A stretch of DNA of 64,000 nt from Balanoglossus misakiensis (GCA_040954595.2 CM082584.2:6715919-6779918); one strand, 5' to 3'; shown: positions 1 to 12,018, counted from the first letter of the stretch. Notes: generated by a model not told the origin, from the letters alone. Made by a program: numbers and translations.

Positions 1-382
1 CGGATAAAAAACCTGAGCCAACCCCGACCAGGACAGAGTCTCCCAAACCGGAAGAACCGCCTGCCGAGTCTGAACCACCGGCTGAACCCATGGAAGTCGA
101 TGGAGGGGATGATACTGATGGGAAGGTTGAGGAGGAGGAGGAGGAGAAAGAGGAGGTGGAGAAAGATGAGGAGAAAGAGGAAGAGGAGGAGAAAGAGGAG
201 GAGGAAAAAGATGAGGAGGAAGAAGAGAAAACGAAAGATGAAGAAGTGAAAGCTGAAGAAGGAGAAGAGGAAGAAGCAGAGGAAGAAGATGCAGAAGCAG
301 CAGTGGAGGAGGGGGAGGAGGAGGAAGAAGAGGATGAAGAGAAAAAGTCAGAAAAGTCTGTTGATTCCAAGAAATCTGCAAG
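1..382 (+). CDS. SAMD1/SAMD13-like SAM-domain protein, internal exon (5' truncated by window), Pro/Glu-rich then poly-acidic low-complexity region
   Basis: Frame 3 open from base 3 (DKKPEPTPTRTESPKPEEPP...MEVDGG...EEEE...KKSA); donor AG|GTACAT at 382/383, phase 2, which joins in frame to the exon at 787. Confidence 0.8.
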
Positions 383-786
383 GTACATCTGTAGTTATTT
401 TTTAAAGTCATAGTGAGACTGGTTTCATGGATAATGGCTAATAGCTGAGCTACCTGTGGAATTTGCTGATCGCAGTATATAACATTAATCAAAGCATTGA
501 GGATCAATTATTCTTAGTGTCAGTGTTCTCACATGGAATTGCTGATCAGTAATATCAATTATCAATGCAGTTATGAATGGAGAAATTTGGGCTTGTGACC
601 ACTTCATTGAATTTGTTACGTTGTTTATTAATCTTCTTAGTTTAATTGTCTTCACTTTAATCTGAACTGAAACACTGTGATATATTACTTTGTACTGTAA
701 TATCTTGACACAAAATTGAACATAACATTAAACCAATTTGATCATGACTTTCAAATAACCACGTCAACTATTCTGCACACACGCAG

Positions 787-967
787 CCCGAAATCCGACA
801 GCAGCAGCCCAGACGTTGCCACGCCGACTGCCCAAACAGCCAATCTTCCGGAACAGTCCGCCAAGTCCGGCGTGCCCAGCGACCCGGCCAACTGGACCAT
901 CAAGGACGTGGCCAACTATTTCAGAAACGAGGGCTTCCCGCTGCAGGCTCACGTCTTTGAAGAGCAG
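787..967 (+). CDS. SAMD1/SAMD13-like protein, penultimate exon (N-half of SAM domain)
   Basis: Acceptor ACGCAG|C at 786/787, donor CAG|GTAGGA at 967/968. Encodes PKSDSSSP...DPANWTIKDVANYFRNEGFPLQAHVFEEQ, matching the SAMD1/SAMD13 SAM start (DPxxWxxxDVxxYFxxxGFxxQAxxFxEQ). Confidence 0.9.
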
Positions 968-1303
968 GTAGGAGAACAGAGTGCATGATCTCGTGAGGGA
1001 ATCTCTGATACACATAATGGCCACGCGTTGCCTGGCCACGAGGGCTGTTGCGCAAGTTCCCCGATAGACTGAGAGTTACCAGGAATATACGCTGTTACCT
1101 GAGGCTATATATATGTCATTGGAAAATAACATGCTGTTCTGGTAAAAACAAAAGGCCAGACAGTTGCGTGTGTGTTTATAAAGATGAATTTTGCAATCAT
1201 GCTGCAAGAATTTCTTTGCCCTTTCTAGTATTACAAGGCGTGACAAGAAGATAGTGCATTTCATTAGTCATGTGACTAAATTGCGTGTTCTCTGTTTCGA
1301 CAG

Positions 1304-1447
1304 GAAATCGACGGCAAGTCCCTGCTCCTCCTCAAGAGAAGCGACGTCCTCACGGGACTCTCCCTGAAGCTGGGACCGGCACTGAAGATTTACAACTTTG
1401 TGAAGAAGCTGCAGACACTGAACCAGCCGCCGTCAATCTTCACGTGA
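1304..1447 (+). CDS. SAMD1/SAMD13-like protein, last coding exon (C-half of SAM domain)
   Basis: Acceptor TTTCGACAG|G at 1303/1304, phase 0. Encodes [47 protein letters not shown], close to the vertebrate SAMD1/SAMD13 motif [30 protein letters not shown]. TGA at 1445-1447. Not in the ORF track (no start codon). Confidence 0.92.
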   Translation, partial: EIDGKSLLLLKRSDVLTGLSLKLGPALKIYNFVKKLQTLNQPPSIFT

Positions 1448-3816
1448 GACCCCGCCCGCGTCCGGGGTTTCCAAACCGCCGTGGAACAGAATGACTGCTG
1501 GTAGTTTAAGGGGAGATCGGTTCAGTTGGATAGTGCTTTTTTCTGCTTAGGACCCATGATGCTTCGTTGCAAATCCCTAACCCTGGTCTGCGGCTAGTGA
1601 ATTTTTTGGGGAAAGGGCGGAATGCTTTCAAGAACATGTAAATCAGATTTTCATGTTTTCAGAAGTTTGTTTCAACGTCATTTCGTGTTCTTGCACTGAG
1701 TACATCTATACGTGTATGTTTGTCTGCTTAGCGCCAACAAATTGTATACATTTTGATCACATTGATTTGTGAAACTGCGGGGATCGCTTCTCAGAGAGCT
1801 GAAAAACTGTGTCTTCCCAGGCTTCAAGCATCACTCAGCCATAAGCCTTGCCTCTATTTCCAGCAGAAATGCAGTGCTTGCCTGGCCCTTGGGTGACAAG
1901 TTGCTTTCTGGAAAACTCTTCGGAGGAAAGTGTGAATATAATTCTAGCACATGCTCAGAAAAGCCTTGGAGGTCCAGCGAGTCTTGGACACTCAACAACT
2001 GAGGTGTGAACCTTGGAAAGGTTCCCGGCCAGTCACAGACAGACAGACACACAGACACCAGGAAGTCGAGAACAAAACGTAAATACATTTCAGTGAACAC
2101 AACCAGTGTGTTCACTCATCAACGTGGCATTTCAAATGTACAGCCCTTTTTGCCAGGCATGTCTACTGAAGATCATGTAACTCTACATGTAGGTGCTCGA
2201 CAGGAAAACAAAAGTTACGTATTTTCCAGTCAGAACAAATATCTGATGTGTTGTAAGTTAAAATTAAAATCATGTTATAATTATCCGAGGGATAAACTCT
2301 CCTGTAGCATTTTCCCAACACTGGTTTTAAACCTGTTCCCGTTGAAGTTCTAGTCCTACCCCTAATTTGTTTACAATCTGTCATATGCTTGCGTCCGTTT
2401 TGATAAATATTTTTTTTTATGCTACAAGCTCCCATGTTGGGAATGATGCCCCTACTTATGCGAACCTCTATCCAGATGTGTGGTTGCAACCGTGGCGACA
2501 GGCCTCCCCTACATACGACTAGAAAATGGTTCGTGCCAGCTGTGAAGGGGTATAGCCATAGGATGGTGCCACTTATCCAGTCTGAGGGATAGTTAGCTTT
2601 CTGTTGTAAATATTTATTTTCCCCCCGATGAACATGTTTTGTATTTTTTTATTTAATTTTTTATCAAGAAAGAGTAATACCTACGCCATGTTTTTAAACC
2701 CCTTTCAACTTCTAGCCGAGTTTCATTATATTCAACTCTCTGGGTGGATTGATATATAGTGAAATAGGGGAGGAAGGGGCTTCTTTAGTTAATAGATAAA
2801 CAAATATAGAGATATTCTGAATATATATATACTTGTGACGTTGGTCCGTGACTTCTTGTGTTGTATGTAACAATCTGAAATGAGTTGATTTATTCTACAA
2901 AGATGCTATGCTGCCATTGTAAGCTCTCTCTTTCTCTTTCATATTGAAATGATATCTTCCATACTTGTAAATAGCGATAAAAACAAGAAAACCCTATTTT
3001 CTGGAATGGAGTACTCTATTATTTTAACGGAAGCAGAATATTTTTTGTTGTGTTACAGGGGGAAAAACTCCAAGGGGAAAAGAAAACAAGTTATGTTTTG
3101 TAGGATAATTGAAGGGCTTCTCATTTTACGAACACTCGGAGAAAATTTTCATTAATTTAATAAATTGTGTGTCTGTGGCATCTGTAAAAAGACTGAAGAT
3201 TCGTGTATATTTAACCGAGATTATAAATTAGAGATAGGTAGTTGAAGTTTGCAGGATTTAATACATGTACCTTATGGCCATCTTACTTCTGAGAAGAACT
3301 CTGAAATAAAAATGTGTCTGTCGGAAAGCATGGGCAAAATTCACTGTAGATGAAGAGAAAACTAATTGCTCAGAAAAGTATAATTTATTGTGATTGTTTT
3401 TGTCTTCCATTAATTAGCTCATAGAATTTGCCTCAAAAATTGAAAGTTGTAAACTTTTGCTTTTTTTGCATAAGATGGGAAACCAGGTGTCTTCACAGAA
3501 ACATTTCAATCAGAAAACTGAATTGTCTCAAAATTCAGACTACATTGTATTTGAAATCCAAAATGGCTGCCAATTTGTCGGTAACAGGTATAAAATCGAC
3601 AATATGGATAGAATCCCATTTCTTAGGAGTCCAAGTTTAGGTGTGTTGATTCTTTTGACAAATATTTAACTCCTTAAAGTACATGTATACCAACATTTCC
3701 AGGGGTTTTCAACTTTTCAGAAAGAAAAAATAATCTAAGGATGTATTTGCTCTTTTATACATTTTGTCTTTGTGTGCTTTGTGAGTAAAATTTTATGAAA
3801 TAAGAGTTTATAGCGA

Positions 3817-3827
3817 AATAAAATAAA
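3817..3827 (+). terminator. Candidate polyadenylation signals of the SAMD1/13-like gene (overlapping AATAAA; alternative at 3305-3310)
   Basis: AATAAAATAAA at the end of an AT-rich, CpG-poor ~2.4 kb region after the stop codon. Confidence 0.4.
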
Positions 3828-5857
3828 AGTTACAGCTTACTCCAGTGTTGAGTGAGAGATGTTAATTGCAACCAGAATGGACCGAGAACAAAAACATTAC
3901 AGAAAACTAAATGACTGGTGGACGCATACCGAAACCATGAGCTCAGCCCCAAATTTGAAACTCAACTCAGTACCAGAAACACGCCCAAAGTAAACATGCA
4001 CACAAAAAGTATTAAGATTATAGTATAAAGACAAAAAATCACCGCAAACACACAAAAAGTATTGAGATTCCAAAAATCACCAAGCGACCAGTGAGCTGGT
4101 CTACCTTGTTGCTAGTGCGCCTTCAAGTGATGGAACCGAGCGAGCGAGCGAACGCCGGTCTGGCGAGAGGCTTCGATCGAGCTCAACCAGAGTACAAACA
4201 TTCGCCGTAGAGTGCGCTCTCCACTGCTTGCGGTTACCAGTTATAAAGTACTCCGTCGCCTGCCACCATTCAATAAAAAATACTCTGTATCCATTGCAAA
4301 CAACAATCATATCCTTTGCTTGCTAATGCTTCGTCTGCCCTCAATCATGTTCCATAGAATTGGTCTCATGTTTCGCCATGACAATGTATCGCAAAACATT
4401 AGGTTTTGAATTCGAATTATCTGGTGTCAAAAATCTTTTAAAAGGTTTATTCGAACAGTTTTGATTACTTCAGATAAGGAAAACGAAGAAAGGTTTTTTG
4501 AAACCAATGATTTGTAAGGACAGAAGAGCACTTTTTGTTTATTGGTAAGGTCTCGGAAAGAATTCTGTCAAATATTGACAGGACAGACGGTGTGTGAAAG
4601 AACTTTACTGAGGAGGTAGACTATTCTACTCGACGTTCAAGGTTAGGTTGTTCAAATATTAATGTACAACAACTCAATATGGCGACGTCGCAACAAAGAC
4701 CCCAATCCTCAAAGTCTAAAGGGGAAAAGCGCATGCCCTGTCTGAATAAAACAAAGCCACGACCGATATTGTCGACATTCTCATGCACGAACAATATCCC
4801 TAAGAGTAGTGATTACAATCCCGGCTGTTATTTTTCTAATTGATCACGAAACGATGCATTTTATCGTCATCGATTTCATACCTATTAATGATAATAGTAC
4901 ATTTCCCTTCTCACGAGGTCAGAGCTCTTACCTACAACAACACGACTTCTCTTACGCATTCATAATAAATGATTGGCATATACTGCGATTAAAAAAGTGT
5001 CATTTCTATTTGCATTGCAATAAATCATCTCGTCCGCTATGTCAACAAATATCCGTGTACAAAAGCCAACTGTTGCGTCAACTTGAATCAAAGTTAAGTG
5101 GGGGGAGGGGATAATCATAAGTGTACCACGTCTTTGAGTAAAGCAAACTTGCAGCATAAGTCATTTTGCGCCGTGGCTACCTGTTAAGGGGTGGTATTCG
5201 TAAACTAACTGCAACGAGGGAGTGGTCGGGCTATGGTTGTCAACAAACCATATGCACAATACATAAATTAATAATTGAACAAAAAATTATTTGTCCTGCA
5301 CATAAAATATTGATCAGTTAAATACTGAAATGACAAAATACCACCATATATCCCAGAAAACCTTCGATATGACTGCGCACTATCTGAGTGGCATCAAATT
5401 GTCAGAGTTCGAGATGGATAGATACACATGGGGACTGCACCCCCAGTCACGCATTCGGATTAAAGAGAAAGGTGATTAACATGCTTGAATGCATAGAACA
5501 ACTCGTCAACTTCACCCAGTTCAAAGGTCAGTGTCATCTGAAAATTTATGGTTCCCGATGAAATTTTAAAATCTAATATCAGGAAGAGCAGGATACATTG
5601 TTGTATAAATCTTTGCAACGCTGTCATCACCACTTGGCCTTATCTCACCATCCGTCCCATGAGGCGCCAATTCTTTGTCAGATATCGCGAAGTTGTCGGC
5701 GACCGACCATAAGTGATCTGCGGGCATTTTGTACATCTTGACGATAAGGAAGGACATTTGTGGTACCGGCGTCGCGCGTGTTTGTATACTAGGGATTTCT
5801 GTGCATTTTGTATTTCTTTTCGGTGATGATGATGACGTAAGCGGCTGTGATGGTGAG

Positions 5858-5948
5858 ATGGCTCCCAGAAATCACGCGCCAGGCTGCCTGCTGTGGCTTC
5901 TCGTCTGCTCGCTGTCGGCGACAAGATTTCCAGTTAGTGCATCTAAAG
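5858..5948 (+). CDS. Cys-loop ligand-gated ion channel (nAChR alpha9/10-like, non-alpha) exon 1, signal peptide
   Basis: ATG at 5858; MAPRNHAPGCLLWLLVCSLSATRFPVSASK has a hydrophobic signal-like core. Donor AAAG|GTGAGC, phase 1, matches the next exon. Confidence 0.75.
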
Positions 5949-6286
5949 GTGAGCGTCAGCGCACGCCCAAATGTTGACCGCACAGCGTCTTGTCGCAGTG
6001 GCAAAATCTTCCATTGTGAATGCCAATTTATCTGAAGAATTATGATTTAAGAAAGTTTTATCGAACTTATGCCTTGTACGACGAGTATAATTTCACTAAA
6101 GATGTTTAATTTGCTGTATAAAGCTGCCGACATACATGTAAACCACTTGTTCTTTCATTCTCATCATTTCTAGACTTTTGAGATTATATGATTGGTTTAT
6201 ATTATTCCTAATATCAAAATACTGCTTGTTTGGTCCCAGTAACTACCTGAATTTATCTGTCTGTCCCACTGTATTTTGCCGACTAG

Positions 6287-6417
6287 CCGAGAACTTTCAA
6301 CATCAACTGATGAGGGAATTACTGACGGGATACGACCGAAATATACGCCCCGTCCACAATGTCTCCCAACCAACTGCAGTGGCGCTGGGAATGTCCCTGC
6401 TACAAATACTCGACGTG
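6287..6417 (+). CDS. nAChR-like subunit exon 2
   Basis: Acceptor GACTAG|CC; AENFQHQLMRELLTGYDRNIRPVHNVSQPTAVALGMSLLQILDV (typical nAChR N-terminal helix and RPV motif); donor GTG|GTAAGC. Confidence 0.92.
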
Positions 6418-6626
6418 GTAAGCGGATTTTAAGTTCAACATTTAGGTTATTTACGGAGATCGACGAAGTCATTCGGTTTCATGGCAAGTTGCCGTTATAA
6501 CAAGATTGCAACTTGAAACCTAACAGCAAATTGTGCTGGCAAAGGCCACCAATCAGCCAAGTGGTTACAAGTTCCTCCAATGACGTTATATATACCCAAT
6601 GACCCCCTTTTCCTGTTAATACGCAG

Positions 6627-6671
6627 AACATGAAGGAATTTCAACTCACTTTGAGCATGTGGATGAGATAC
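6627..6671 (+). CDS. nAChR-like subunit exon 3 (45 nt, loop D)
   Basis: ACGCAG|AAC...TAC|GTAAGT; NMKEFQLTLSMWMRY, equivalent to the 45-nt DEKNQVLTTNIWLQM exon of alpha7. Not in the ORF track. Confidence 0.9.
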
Positions 6672-6961
6672 GTAAGTATGAATTCTAGAAGGCAATTTTG
6701 ATGTGGATCTTTAGTCAATAATCCAGCCACATATACAATTCTTCTTTGTGCTTCATGTGTGTTTCGACGGCAAACTTTCTGTGGCAGAGCCATAGCCTGG
6801 TATCAATGCAGATGGTATAACGTGCTGAGGGGTTGTACTTAATTTTACTTTGTACTGTCACTCGAAATATACGAGTCGTACGTAAATAATGTGAACAAAA
6901 TGTTCGCACCCGCCACCGATTGGGTTTCTACTCTAACTCATTTGCGTATACTACTTTTCAG

Positions 6962-7071
6962 AGCTGGATGGACGACTTCCTGCAATGGAACGTCTCCAAC
7001 TATGGTTCTATCGAGTACACGTACATCCCCATATCGGAAATATGGATACCCGACGTGAAACTGCATAATGA
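6962..7071 (+). CDS. nAChR-like subunit exon 4 (110 nt, loop A)
   Basis: TTTTCAG|AGC...AATGA|GTAAGA; SWMDDFLQWNVSNYGSIEYTYIPISEIWIPDVKLHN, containing the WxDxxLxW and IWxPD motifs. The 110-nt size is conserved in nAChR genes. Confidence 0.92.
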
Positions 7072-7249
7072 GTAAGACATGAAGATTCATGTACATAGTT
7101 TTTGGCGACGTACATGTATGTTCAATTGTGGTAATGACATTATATGCTGACTTTTCCCGCTCAGAGAAGGCGCTCAAAACATTAATCTATCGGCGTTCTC
7201 TCGTTTGCAATAACTGTCGCAGGTTGCCATCTTTGTTCTCTCTCTCCAG

Positions 7250-7779
7250 CATCAAAGACCATCCGCAGGAGGACGTGTTCGCCAACGTGGCCTTCAACGG
7301 CTCGGTGTCCTACCGCATCAACGACGTCACCAGCACCAGCTGCCAGTGGGACCTGCTGTACTTCCCGTTCGACCGCCAGCAGTGCCGTCTCACCTTCGGC
7401 TCCTGGGCCTTCAACGCGCACCACGTCGACACCGTCCCCGGGCTCGTCGCCAACGACACGTCGGACTTCGTCGGCAACGGCGAGTGGGTGCTGACGGGGC
7501 TCGTGGCCGAGTACGGCGTCAAGTACTACGCCCGCTTCGACGAGCCGTTCAGCTACACCACGTTCCTCGTCTCCATCGAGCGCATCCCGTTCTTCTACGT
7601 CTCCAATCTCCTCATCCCGAACATCCTTCTCTCCCTTCTGATGCTGCTGGGTTTCTGTCTGCCCCCGGAGTCTGGAGAGCGGGTGACGCTGTCCATCACA
7701 AATTTGCTTGCCTTGGTCTTGTTCCAACAGCTGGTCATGCAGATGATGCCCCATACACCGGGCAGTATACCCTATCTTG
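7250..7779 (+). CDS. nAChR-like subunit exon 5 (Cys-loop, loops B/C, M1-M2)
   Basis: CTCCAG|C acceptor. Cys-loop CQWDLLYFPFDRQQC, FGSW, M1 YVSNLLIP, LPPESGER, M2 VTLSITNLLALVLFQQLV. Donor CTTG|GTAAGT, phase 1. Confidence 0.95.
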
Positions 7780-7918
7780 GTAAGTGTTAAACAGCCCACG
7801 ACGGAAGTTACGAAAATTTGAGGGCAATTTGTTTTGGCCATAGTTATTTCTTTCTCAGTCGTTTCCTGTATTGTTTCCGCATTTCCCGTCATCTGAGTTT
7901 TTTCCGTTTTTCTTCCAG

Positions 7919-8499
7919 TGTACTACTTCGTCTCAATGATTGCAATCACAGCCTGCGCGTGCGTGGCGTCCGTGTGGATCCTCTCCATATTCCATCACGA
8001 GAACCACCCGAGCGAAGTGCCGAACTGGGCCCGGCGACTGGTCTTCGACTACATACAGCCTTGCCTGTGCATGGGGAAGGGGTACGCCCACCAGACCGCG
8101 ACCGCCGCGGGCGCCACCAACCAGGATCCGGAAACGAACGCCCCGCAATCCCAGTCCATCTCCGACGCGGGCGGCGTCGCTTTCGTCGGTGGCTGCGACA
8201 AGGCCACCGTTCTGCGCAACTTACATTTTCTGGACGGACCACAAACGGAGGAGCACATGAAAGAACGCCCGACATACCGCCAACGCTACCTGACTGTCCG
8301 CACTTCGAGAAACATTGAGGATTTGCTCGACCACGTGAAGAGGCTGTCGGTCAGATTTCAAGAGAAGGAGGAGACGAAAGCCATCGTGGCCGAATGGAAA
8401 GAATTAGCGCGTATTATTGATCGCCTGCTGTTGTTGATTTTCGCCGTCATACTAATCACAGCTATAATTGTTATCATATGCGTGGAACTTAGCTACTAG
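7919..8499 (+). CDS. nAChR-like subunit exon 6 (M3, cytoplasmic loop, M4)
   Basis: TTCCAG|TG acceptor. YYFVSMIAITACACVASVWILSIFH (M3), VPNWARRLVF (MX), EWKELARIIDRLLLLIF (MA/M4), TAG at 8497-8499. The six exons sum to 1488 nt = 495 aa + stop. Confidence 0.95.
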
Positions 8500-9454
8500 A
8501 CTACATCTCTGTGAAATTTCATACCCTTCGTTGGTCAATTACAAAAGATACAAGGAGAGAATGACATACATACTGTATATACGTAATATCAATGATTTGC
8601 AATTTTGTAAAATGTCCATCAATGCGACCTAAGCGAATTATGGCTTTTTTGTATATGGAAAACTACGTGGATGTATTATCTTTATCTTGTAAGGATTTCT
8701 CATTGGAGCCTTGTATACGAAGTGGTCGAAAATTTGTACGCAAATTTGGAAAAAAATTGGAAATTGAAAGTAAAAAATCATGATTATTAAGAAAATTGCA
8801 CCATTTAATTTATATTGCTATAATTATATATAACCAACTTACATCATAATCAGAATTTATAGAAATTGAAAAGGGTTCATTTACGGGATTATGTCAATTT
8901 TAAATGTACGCGACATTTTCTCTTTGACTGTCCAAATGTTAAGTGCTTTTTAAGTTTGGCTATTAATATCATCTATTACATAAATATCAGAATCAAACGA
9001 AGACATGTAATTTATGGATACTTTTTTAAGCAAAAAAATAACAGCTTTTGAATATTACTACTACGTCGACGAAGGGGGACGATAGAACAATTCGTCGTTA
9101 CGAGATTTACGCAATCTCACCGTCAGCTAAAATGTGATTAGTCATTTTCTTAAAACACCCGAACATATTAAAGTTCAAGATAAACACGATATGTAAACTT
9201 GCGTGGATATTTCCGTGCATAAGGACAACTCTGTTTGTTGAATCCGACAACGTCGAAGCCTTGACAGTAATTACCCCCACTGCCATTTGCAAGGCACTTC
9301 TGTAGCTGAAGCAGGTCGAAATACAACCGAACACTTTAATCAAGTAGTTAGCGGAAATAATGTAGAGTCAGATCAATTAGGCCTATAAATTGAGAGACGT
9401 CGAGTACGTCGAGTTCAGTACACCGTGCCTGTTGGAACGATGACTGGGTTGAAC

Positions 9455-9720
9455 ATCGCTCATGCGCATTACAGCGGGAAAGCTTTCGCAGAAGTTACAA
9501 TAATCATCCACGTCTCGCGAGATCTCGCAATGGGCGGGAAATCATCTGGATCGGAGTACTCATCACTGTTAAATTACTTGAGGCTTGCAACACATAATTA
9601 TACTTATTAAAATTGCTCGTTTTTCTTTCCAAACATAATCTTGTATCTTGGCCTGCGGGCGTGTGTACTTTCACAATTACGGCACATTATCTCTAATGAG
9701 CAGACATGATGACGTCATCA
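9455..9720. promoter_or_regulatory. Promoter/enhancer-like motif cluster (NRF1-like, TCTCGCGAGA, GC-box, palindromic CRE)
   Basis: CATGCGCA at 9461, TCTCGCGAGA at 9513-9522, GGGCGG at 9532-9537, 14-bp palindrome TGATGACGTCATCA at 9707-9720. Confidence 0.3.
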
Positions 9721-10159
9721 AAGACGGTGTAGTATTTACACATTTATAAAGTTACATATAGTTGTCAAGAAAGCTCCGGGTGCACTACCAAAGGTTGACA
9801 ACTCAGTCTTACTCCAGCAAGTTGAAACGTCGGAATTTAAAAAAAATATATCAGATTCTGAATAGCATGACCGAGCTCGAGTAGAGAAAATATTTCTCAT
9901 TGCTTGTCACTGTGTCACAAAAGCACGCACGTTATTAGTGGTATATATATTACTAGTAAGTGGTTTTTGCAAACGGTCGAAAATACTTTCTCGACATGCT
10001 ATGAAAGATAATAATGGATTGGTATCGAGTTTTGATACCTTTTTTGAAAGGTGATAATAGCTTAGTATGACCAAGATGCCTTGCAAGTCCAGAAGAAAAT
10101 GTCCCACTTCTGAACTGAAATGTATATTTATGGAGATGAACGAACAAATTAAACGTGGA

Positions 10160-11404
10160 TTATAAATCTGTTATCTCCTGACGCTCAAATCTCGATGCGA
10201 CGCAAGATCTTGCGGATCGACTCTCACACGGAAAATCTCTGTACGATGAACTTGACGGGCAGCAGCACTTGCAGGAGAGTATATTTTTGTAGGCTCGACG
10301 GAAGTCCCTGTTTTTGGCGTACAGCATGGGATTGATGGCGGAATTCGCGTTGCCGAGGCAAACGGTTATCGCCAACACGCGTCTGAAGTTCACCCGGCAG
10401 TTGACGCAGAGCCCCGCCGCCGTCAGGGCAACGAAGAACGGCGCCCACATGAGAAAGAAGGCCGCGATCAAGAGCGCGATGCACTTGATCGCCTTCATTT
10501 CCGATTTACTCACTTGCCTTATTCCGTTCTTCACGCTTAAAAACGGTCGCGATTTTCGCCGTGCTGAAGATGTGTTGTTTTGAATGTCCTCAACAGGCGT
10601 TCGCGCCTTCTCTTTAAGTGACTGACTCGCCCCAGTCTCCGTGACGTCTTGGTTTTCGTCACAACGCTGAGAGACAGTTGTTTCCACGTCCGCCGCCGCA
10701 CTCCCGCGGCGTTCCCGAGAAATTCTGCGACGGTGATGAAGTTCACGTTCCGTCTTCTTGAGCTGGTGTCTGACGGCGCGCAGAATGTGGAACCCGCAGT
10801 AAGTGATGACCGCCCCCGGGAGAACGACGTAAAAGGCGGCGGTCGATATCACGAACTCGGTCTTGATAGGGTAACACGTCGGCGGGTAAACGTTCTTCCA
10901 CGGCCGGGGCGTCCGCTGCTCGTTCCAGCGAGTCATGCACGCCAGCCCGGCGAAGAGGAACGACGCCACCCAGGTGGCGACCACGGCAAGCCGCGCCCGC
11001 GCCTTCGTCATGAACCGGTGGTAGTGCAGCGGGTGGATAAGGTAGATGTACTTGTCCAAGCTGACGAGCATCACCCCGTACGCGGACGTCGAGGCGAGCC
11101 CGATGTTAAAAGTTATATTGACGCTGCACAGGAATTCTCCGATGTCCCATCCAGCGTGGGCCGCCATCAACAGCGGCAACGGCAAGACCCCGACGCAGAA
11201 ATCCGCAATGGACAGGTTGAGAATGAAGATGTTCGACACGTTCTCTCGTAGCTTTCTCACGATGAGGACTGAGCAGATGACAACGGTGTTGGACAGGATG
11301 ACGGCCCACATAATCGCCATTTCCAGCAGGAGAACGAACACCTGCTCCTCTCGCGACGCGACGTTTTGTTTCGCGCCGGTACTGCCGGTATCGTTCCATG
11401 CCAT
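10160..11404 (-). CDS. Orphan class A (rhodopsin-like) GPCR, aminergic-like scaffold (GPCR1), intronless CDS, 414 aa
   Basis: First ATG at 11404 (MAWNDTGS, with an N-glycosylation sequon); the ORF-track start at 11467 is TTG. Seven hydrophobic segments with LSIADF (TM2), C3.25, SLDKY, W4.50, ExKA, MWAPFF, NSAINPMLY and helix 8 NRDFRRAY. Confidence 0.93.
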   Translation of the reverse strand: MAWNDTGSTGAKQNVASREEQVFVLLLEMAIMWAVILSNTVVICSVLIVRKLRENVSNIFILNLSIADFCVGVLPLPLLMAAHAGWDIGEFLCSVNITFNIGLASTSAYGVMLVSLDKYIYLIHPLHYHRFMTKARARLAVVATWVASFLFAGLACMTRWNEQRTPRPWKNVYPPTCYPIKTEFVISTAAFYVVLPGAVITYCGFHILRAVRHQLKKTERELHHRRRISRERRGSAAADVETTVSQRCDENQDVTETGASQSLKEKARTPVEDIQNNTSSARRKSRPFLSVKNGIRQVSKSEMKAIKCIALLIAAFFLMWAPFFVALTAAGLCVNCRVNFRRVLAITVCLGNANSAINPMLYAKNRDFRRAYKNILSCKCCCPSSSSYRDFPCESRSARSCVASRFERQEITDL

Positions 11405-12008
11405 TCTGATACGGGTCCGTCTCCGAGCGCTTCTTTCGAATGTTACTTCCTTGTCACACAATTTCAAACAGCTGTCGTAAAACCGTCAAGACAAACAGAT
11501 AAGTGCAGATTTTGCAGTAGGATATATTCCTGGCAACAGCCTGTTGGACTTTTTCGACAATGGCGTTGGAGTCGTTACAAGCATTGGAAACGAGGCTGCG
11601 GAACTCGCCGTTTTAGGTTAAGTTCGCCATTACAATTACTTCTGCTGTCATTTCTTAAACTCAACACTTGACCTCTTACCCTATCTTAACAAGCTTTTAG
11701 CAATATGTCCACCGTACCTGGATGCTGCTCTATGCTCTAAACGACGCTCGGGAGGGCGATTCCGAATGCTTGCGTTTCCATGATAATGGAAAACTTATTC
11801 CACGATATTTAACGTCATTACAGACAAACGAATTAGAGTAAGTACGGATATTTTCCCCGGTTTAGTTTTGATACTCGTATATTCTACAACAACAGCGTGC
11901 TGAACCGACCTGCATTGGGAACATACATTCACCCGTTGCTCTGCATACTGCAGCAACAGTTGGTGAGTGGGCAAAAACCTAACGAACAGCAAATGGCGTG
12001 AATATTGC

Positions 12009-12018
12009 ATGACGTCAT
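12009..12018. promoter_or_regulatory. Full palindromic CRE (ATGACGTCAT) ~600 bp upstream of the GPCR1 start
   Basis: TGACGTCA at 12010-12017; its position is compatible with a promoter or first-intron element. Confidence 0.3.

Noticed and set aside
1285-1494. 69-aa ORF in the track overlapping the last SAM exon
   Set aside because: Wrong frame; the spliced frame starting at 1304 encodes the SAM motif.
11405-11467. N-terminal extensions given by the ORF track for GPCR1 (and GPCR3, 51526-51552)
   Set aside because: They start at TTG. The downstream ATGs give N-termini with sequons comparable to the GPCR2 paralog.
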